DNA from: Anaerohalosphaeraceae bacterium
GTDB lineage: Bacteria > Planctomycetota > Phycisphaerae > Sedimentisphaerales > Anaerohalosphaeraceae
Length of the DNA stretch: 64,000 nucleotides
Direction of reading: 5' to 3'
Assembly: GCA_963675525.2 (NCBI GenBank)
Contig: CAXXSL010000011.1
Location: 576,001 to 640,000 of the forward strand
Shown here: positions 60,533-64,000 of the stretch, one piece after another
How the letters are laid out: each line of letters begins with the position of its first letter
How positions within the stretch are numbered: position 1 is the first letter of the stretch
The notes under the pieces: model-generated
Databases searched by the model: none
What the model saw: the letters and a program-made list of their open reading frames with translations, nothing else
What the model was told of the DNA's origin: nothing
Position numbers and translations under genes: made by a program

Positions 60533-61308
60533 TTATGAGCCTGATTTGAATACATCCTCAGGAATGTCAAACTGGTCTTTGAGTTTTTCCAGATCAGCAA
60601 CTGACTGCGGCAGGCCGGGGTCGCCGCTGCCGCGGCTGCGAAGGAGACGATAAATGTCACCGGAAAGACGATCCTTCAGGGACTCGGTCGCTTTGGCGTG
60701 ACTTTTTTTCCAATCCGATTCCACAACCGCATCGCCGTTGATCGGACCTTTGTCGTATTTCGGAAAAATAATCGCCGCATACGGGCACACCCTCGCGCAG
60801 GCAGGACAATTGGTTTTGCATTGCCTGGGCTGCGTCACCTGAACCGTTCCATCTTCTGTTTGTGAATAAACGCCAAACAGGCAAAAGTTCAGGCACTGCC
60901 GGCAGTTTTTGCACCGATCATAATCAATGACCGAAACCACGGCATCCAATCCGGATCGGACGCCTCAATCCTTTGCGGCGTTCTTTCACAATGATGATCC
61001 AGGCGCAGCGCCGCGAGAATTTCCTCCGGCGGCTGTTTTCGCAGATTATAGATTTTTGCCGAAGCAGGCAGTTCCGCTTTCGCATGGGTAAACAACGCCT
61101 TGACCGCACGCGGGAAACAGGCCAGCACAACAAGATCGTCCTGCCGGGCCCACTGAGCAAGCCTGTCATCCTGCTTAGCCGCCGGCGCACAGAGGTCATC
61201 CACACAGATAACATCCTGAGAAGATTTTTTCAATCCCTCATGCACTGAATGCAAAACATGTTTCGGAATAAGTGCGGCATTTTGACAGTGGCAAAAAACA
61301 ATGCTCAT
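60533..61308 (-). pseudogene. Ferredoxin-like 2x[4Fe-4S] protein split by one frameshift near 60933
   Basis: N-part FCHC..DLC..ACFPRAV; adding one C gives [23 protein letters not shown]...CKTNCPACARVCP. Confidence 0.8.
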
Positions 61309-61316
61309 CGGCTCGC

Positions 61317-63737
61317 TTACCCTTCAATATCAAACGCCATCAGCACCTCACCATGGCGGACATATAGACGTTTTCCGCAAACCACCGGATGGGCCCAATG
61401 TTCGCTGCTGCCATCGGTGATCTGAAAAGAACTGGCGACTTCGAATCCTTTAGGGGCCGGTTTGACCAACGCGACATGGCCATTACCCTCTTCATAACAG
61501 TAAAGCATGCCGTCGGAAAAAGTAACGCTGCCTTTAGTCTCCCAGGATTCGTTATAGTGTGTCGTGCCGGTTTTCCAATCGACACACATCCAGTTGCCCT
61601 TTTTGTTGCTTTCCCAGTTCGAGCCGTAAATATATCCATCCACGACAACGAAACTGCCATGATGGACATCCAACTCCGGATTTGTCCAGACTTTATCGAC
61701 GCTTGTTCCATCCGGCGAAAGCCTCAACTGAATAGACCCCATGTCATACCCACTGGTGAAAAAAAAGAATCCATCTTTGAAATACGGTGTATTGGGATGG
61801 GTCCCGCGAATTCTTCCGCTAATATAATTTTTTGCCGCATACATCCACAAAACGGAGCCGTCTTCGGCATTGATGCCAAAGAGATTCTTGTCGCTCATGC
61901 CGACAATGGCCGTTTTGCCGGCCCATTCATAGACCGTCGGCGAACAATAGGCACTTTTGTCGCCGTTGCCGGGGGTCTTCCACACAACACTGCCGTCTTT
62001 AGTGCTCAACGCAACAACCATGACATTGGAACCGCCGACGACCGAAATAACCTTATCATCAATCACCAATGGAGACTGCCCGCCGCCCCAGTTGCCATGC
62101 TTACCTTCAAAGTCCGTCACGGGATCAGCCTGCCAAATCTGCTGTCCTGTTTGTGAGTTGAAACAGATAACCTTTCCATGGCCGCTAATAACGTAGACCT
62201 GCCCATTCTGTACGGTCGGCGTAGAGCGAGCACCCGGAAACGAAGCGGACCATTCCTCGCCGTAGCTTTGTTTCCACAGCAGTTTACCGTCACTATCCAA
62301 ACAGAACAGGAAGCCTTCTTTTTCGATCATCCCGGTTGCATAGATCTTTCCGTCGGCAATTGAAACTGTCGAATACCCCTTTCCCAGTCCATCCGCTTTC
62401 CAGAGCCTCAGAGGGCCTTCGGCCGGCCACTGTTTGGCCAAACCGGTCTCGGCACTGATGTTATCCCGCCGGGGGCCTTTCCATTGCGGCCAATCGGTTT
62501 TCCCGGTGGGCAAAACGGCGGGGGTAACGACCGGAGGCTTCTTACTCTGCACATCCACACAGACAAGTCTGTCTTGTTTATTCTTGACTGTATTACGAAC
62601 ATAAATGCGTCCATTCGCCAAAACAGGCATGGACCAGCAGCGTCCGCCGGACAAAACATCCGCCGATGCAATTTCCTGATAGGCTTCAGGCGTTGCCTGA
62701 ACGACCAGAAGCGTGCCGGATTCGCTGATGACGACCAATTTATCACCCGCCGCAGACAGCGACCCTTTTTGGGGTTTTTTCTCAGCCCATTTCTGCTCGC
62801 CGGTCTGCCAATCCAGACAAGCCAACTGGTTGTCATCAAATCCATAGAGATAGCCCTTTATCAGAACCGGGCCGCTCATTTGAGACCGCATGTTTTTATT
62901 CTCCCAGAGTTTCACCGGCTGGCCCGAAGCCATATCAATCATCGCTGCACCATGCCCATATCCGGACGTAATGAAAACCTTTTGCTCAAAAATAATCGGA
63001 TCCGACGCATTGACATCGTGCTGCGTCTTCCAGGGATAGGACCAGCGCAGTTCGCCCGTTGCGGCATCAACGCCCATGACCGAATCTTGTCCGAAGATGG
63101 CTACCTCCATTGTATCACCGCTTTTATATGGAACAGGTGTGGCATAACCGGGTTTTCCGTTATCGCTTTTCCAGATAATATCCCCCGTCAGTTTATTCAG
63201 CGCCAAACCGGATTCGCCCGCATTAAAAATAACTTTCTCGTCCAGCACCAATGCGGACGTTGAAATTCCCCATGTGGGTTCCTCGTAGGGCAAATCTTTT
63301 CTCCAGACAACCTCGCCTGATTGTGCATCCAGGCAGAAAACTTTGCCGGTCTTGCTGATAGTATAGACCTTGTCATCGCTGACTGTCGGGGTCGCACTGC
63401 AGCCGCCTTCATAATATTTGGGATTCAGATCTTCGGTATATTCATGACGCCAGATTTCCTTACCGGTTACCGCATCGAAACAGTAAACAACATCCGTATT
63501 CTTATTAATATTACCCATCGTATAGACCTTGCCGTCCACGACAGAGATCGAAGAAAAGCCCGTCCCCACCTCAGTGGTCCAAAGAACCTTCTTCTCATTG
63601 AGGGCTTGAGGATCCCAATCGGTTTCCGTACTGATGCCGTCATAATCAGGGCCGCGCCAATGGGGCCAATCCGCCGCCGAGGAAATTGACGTAAACAGGC
63701 ATACACCCAGAATGATAACGATATTCTTAACTCTCAT
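61317..63737 (-). CDS. Secreted protein with two tandem PQQ-like (BamB-type) beta-propellers
   Basis: CAGGAG RBS; signal peptide; DWPHWRGP and DWPQWKGP module starts; repeated CxDAxTGxxxW blades. Confidence 0.9.
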   Translation of the reverse strand: MRVKNIVIILGVCLFTSISSAADWPHWRGPDYDGISTETDWDPQALNEKKVLWTTEVGTGFSSISVVDGKVYTMGNINKNTDVVYCFDAVTGKEIWRHEYTEDLNPKYYEGGCSATPTVSDDKVYTISKTGKVFCLDAQSGEVVWRKDLPYEEPTWGISTSALVLDEKVIFNAGESGLALNKLTGDIIWKSDNGKPGYATPVPYKSGDTMEVAIFGQDSVMGVDAATGELRWSYPWKTQHDVNASDPIIFEQKVFITSGYGHGAAMIDMASGQPVKLWENKNMRSQMSGPVLIKGYLYGFDDNQLACLDWQTGEQKWAEKKPQKGSLSAAGDKLVVISESGTLLVVQATPEAYQEIASADVLSGGRCWSMPVLANGRIYVRNTVKNKQDRLVCVDVQSKKPPVVTPAVLPTGKTDWPQWKGPRRDNISAETGLAKQWPAEGPLRLWKADGLGKGYSTVSIADGKIYATGMIEKEGFLFCLDSDGKLLWKQSYGEEWSASFPGARSTPTVQNGQVYVISGHGKVICFNSQTGQQIWQADPVTDFEGKHGNWGGGQSPLVIDDKVISVVGGSNVMVVALSTKDGSVVWKTPGNGDKSAYCSPTVYEWAGKTAIVGMSDKNLFGINAEDGSVLWMYAAKNYISGRIRGTHPNTPYFKDGFFFFTSGYDMGSIQLRLSPDGTSVDKVWTNPELDVHHGSFVVVDGYIYGSNWESNKKGNWMCVDWKTGTTHYNESWETKGSVTFSDGMLYCYEEGNGHVALVKPAPKGFEVASSFQITDGSSEHWAHPVVCGKRLYVRHGEVLMAFDIEG

Positions 63738-64000
63738 AACTTTCTCCTGCTGAAATGTTCTATTGATTTTAGCATTTAAATGAAAACGCTCCGGTCGGAC
63801 AGACCCGCACGCACTCCGTTGAAGCGTTTCGCAGTCCTTCGACAAGTGTCTTCTCTAATGGAACAACAATCTGCATATTAAATCCTCTGCCTTCAAATGA
63901 CAACCCTAATGCTTCGCCGGCGATTTTGGCGGCCTGAATACACAAGCCGCATTTGATACATTTACCCGGCTCAAAAACAACTTGTTCATGTGCTGTAATT

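Overview
Gene-dense bacterial chromosomal window. It is most consistent with a Planctomycetota/Phycisphaerae (Sedimentisphaerales-like) genome; this is an inference from a TPR + tandem RNAP alpha-CTD protein, DWPxWRGP PQQ-like propellers, dockerin-like tails and an enlarged SecDF. About 55 CDS can be supported, mostly housekeeping: nnrD, larB, a GH51 arabinofuranosidase, tsaD, RNase D, a PilZ / kinase / sigma54-activator block, spoIID-tgt-yajC-secDF, pyrR-pyrB-pyrC, an L,D-transpeptidase-VWA-exbBD unit, rarA, dapF, S8 and C10 peptidases, a TonB receptor, phasin-like + ABC1 kinase, rpsU, uvrB-nadC-birA and lptF/G. I saw no rRNA, tRNA, CRISPR array, integrase or transposase. The most unusual part is 36.0-41.0 kb. 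There, unrelated accessory genes are separated by mosaics of several palindromic REP-like families. The stretch ends in a consensus sigma70 promoter (TTGACA-16-TATAAT) that reads into a two-unit array of 11-bp CRAACCCAATT motifs with no recognisable product. Four single-base frameshifts cluster at 59-61 kb and are probably read or assembly errors.
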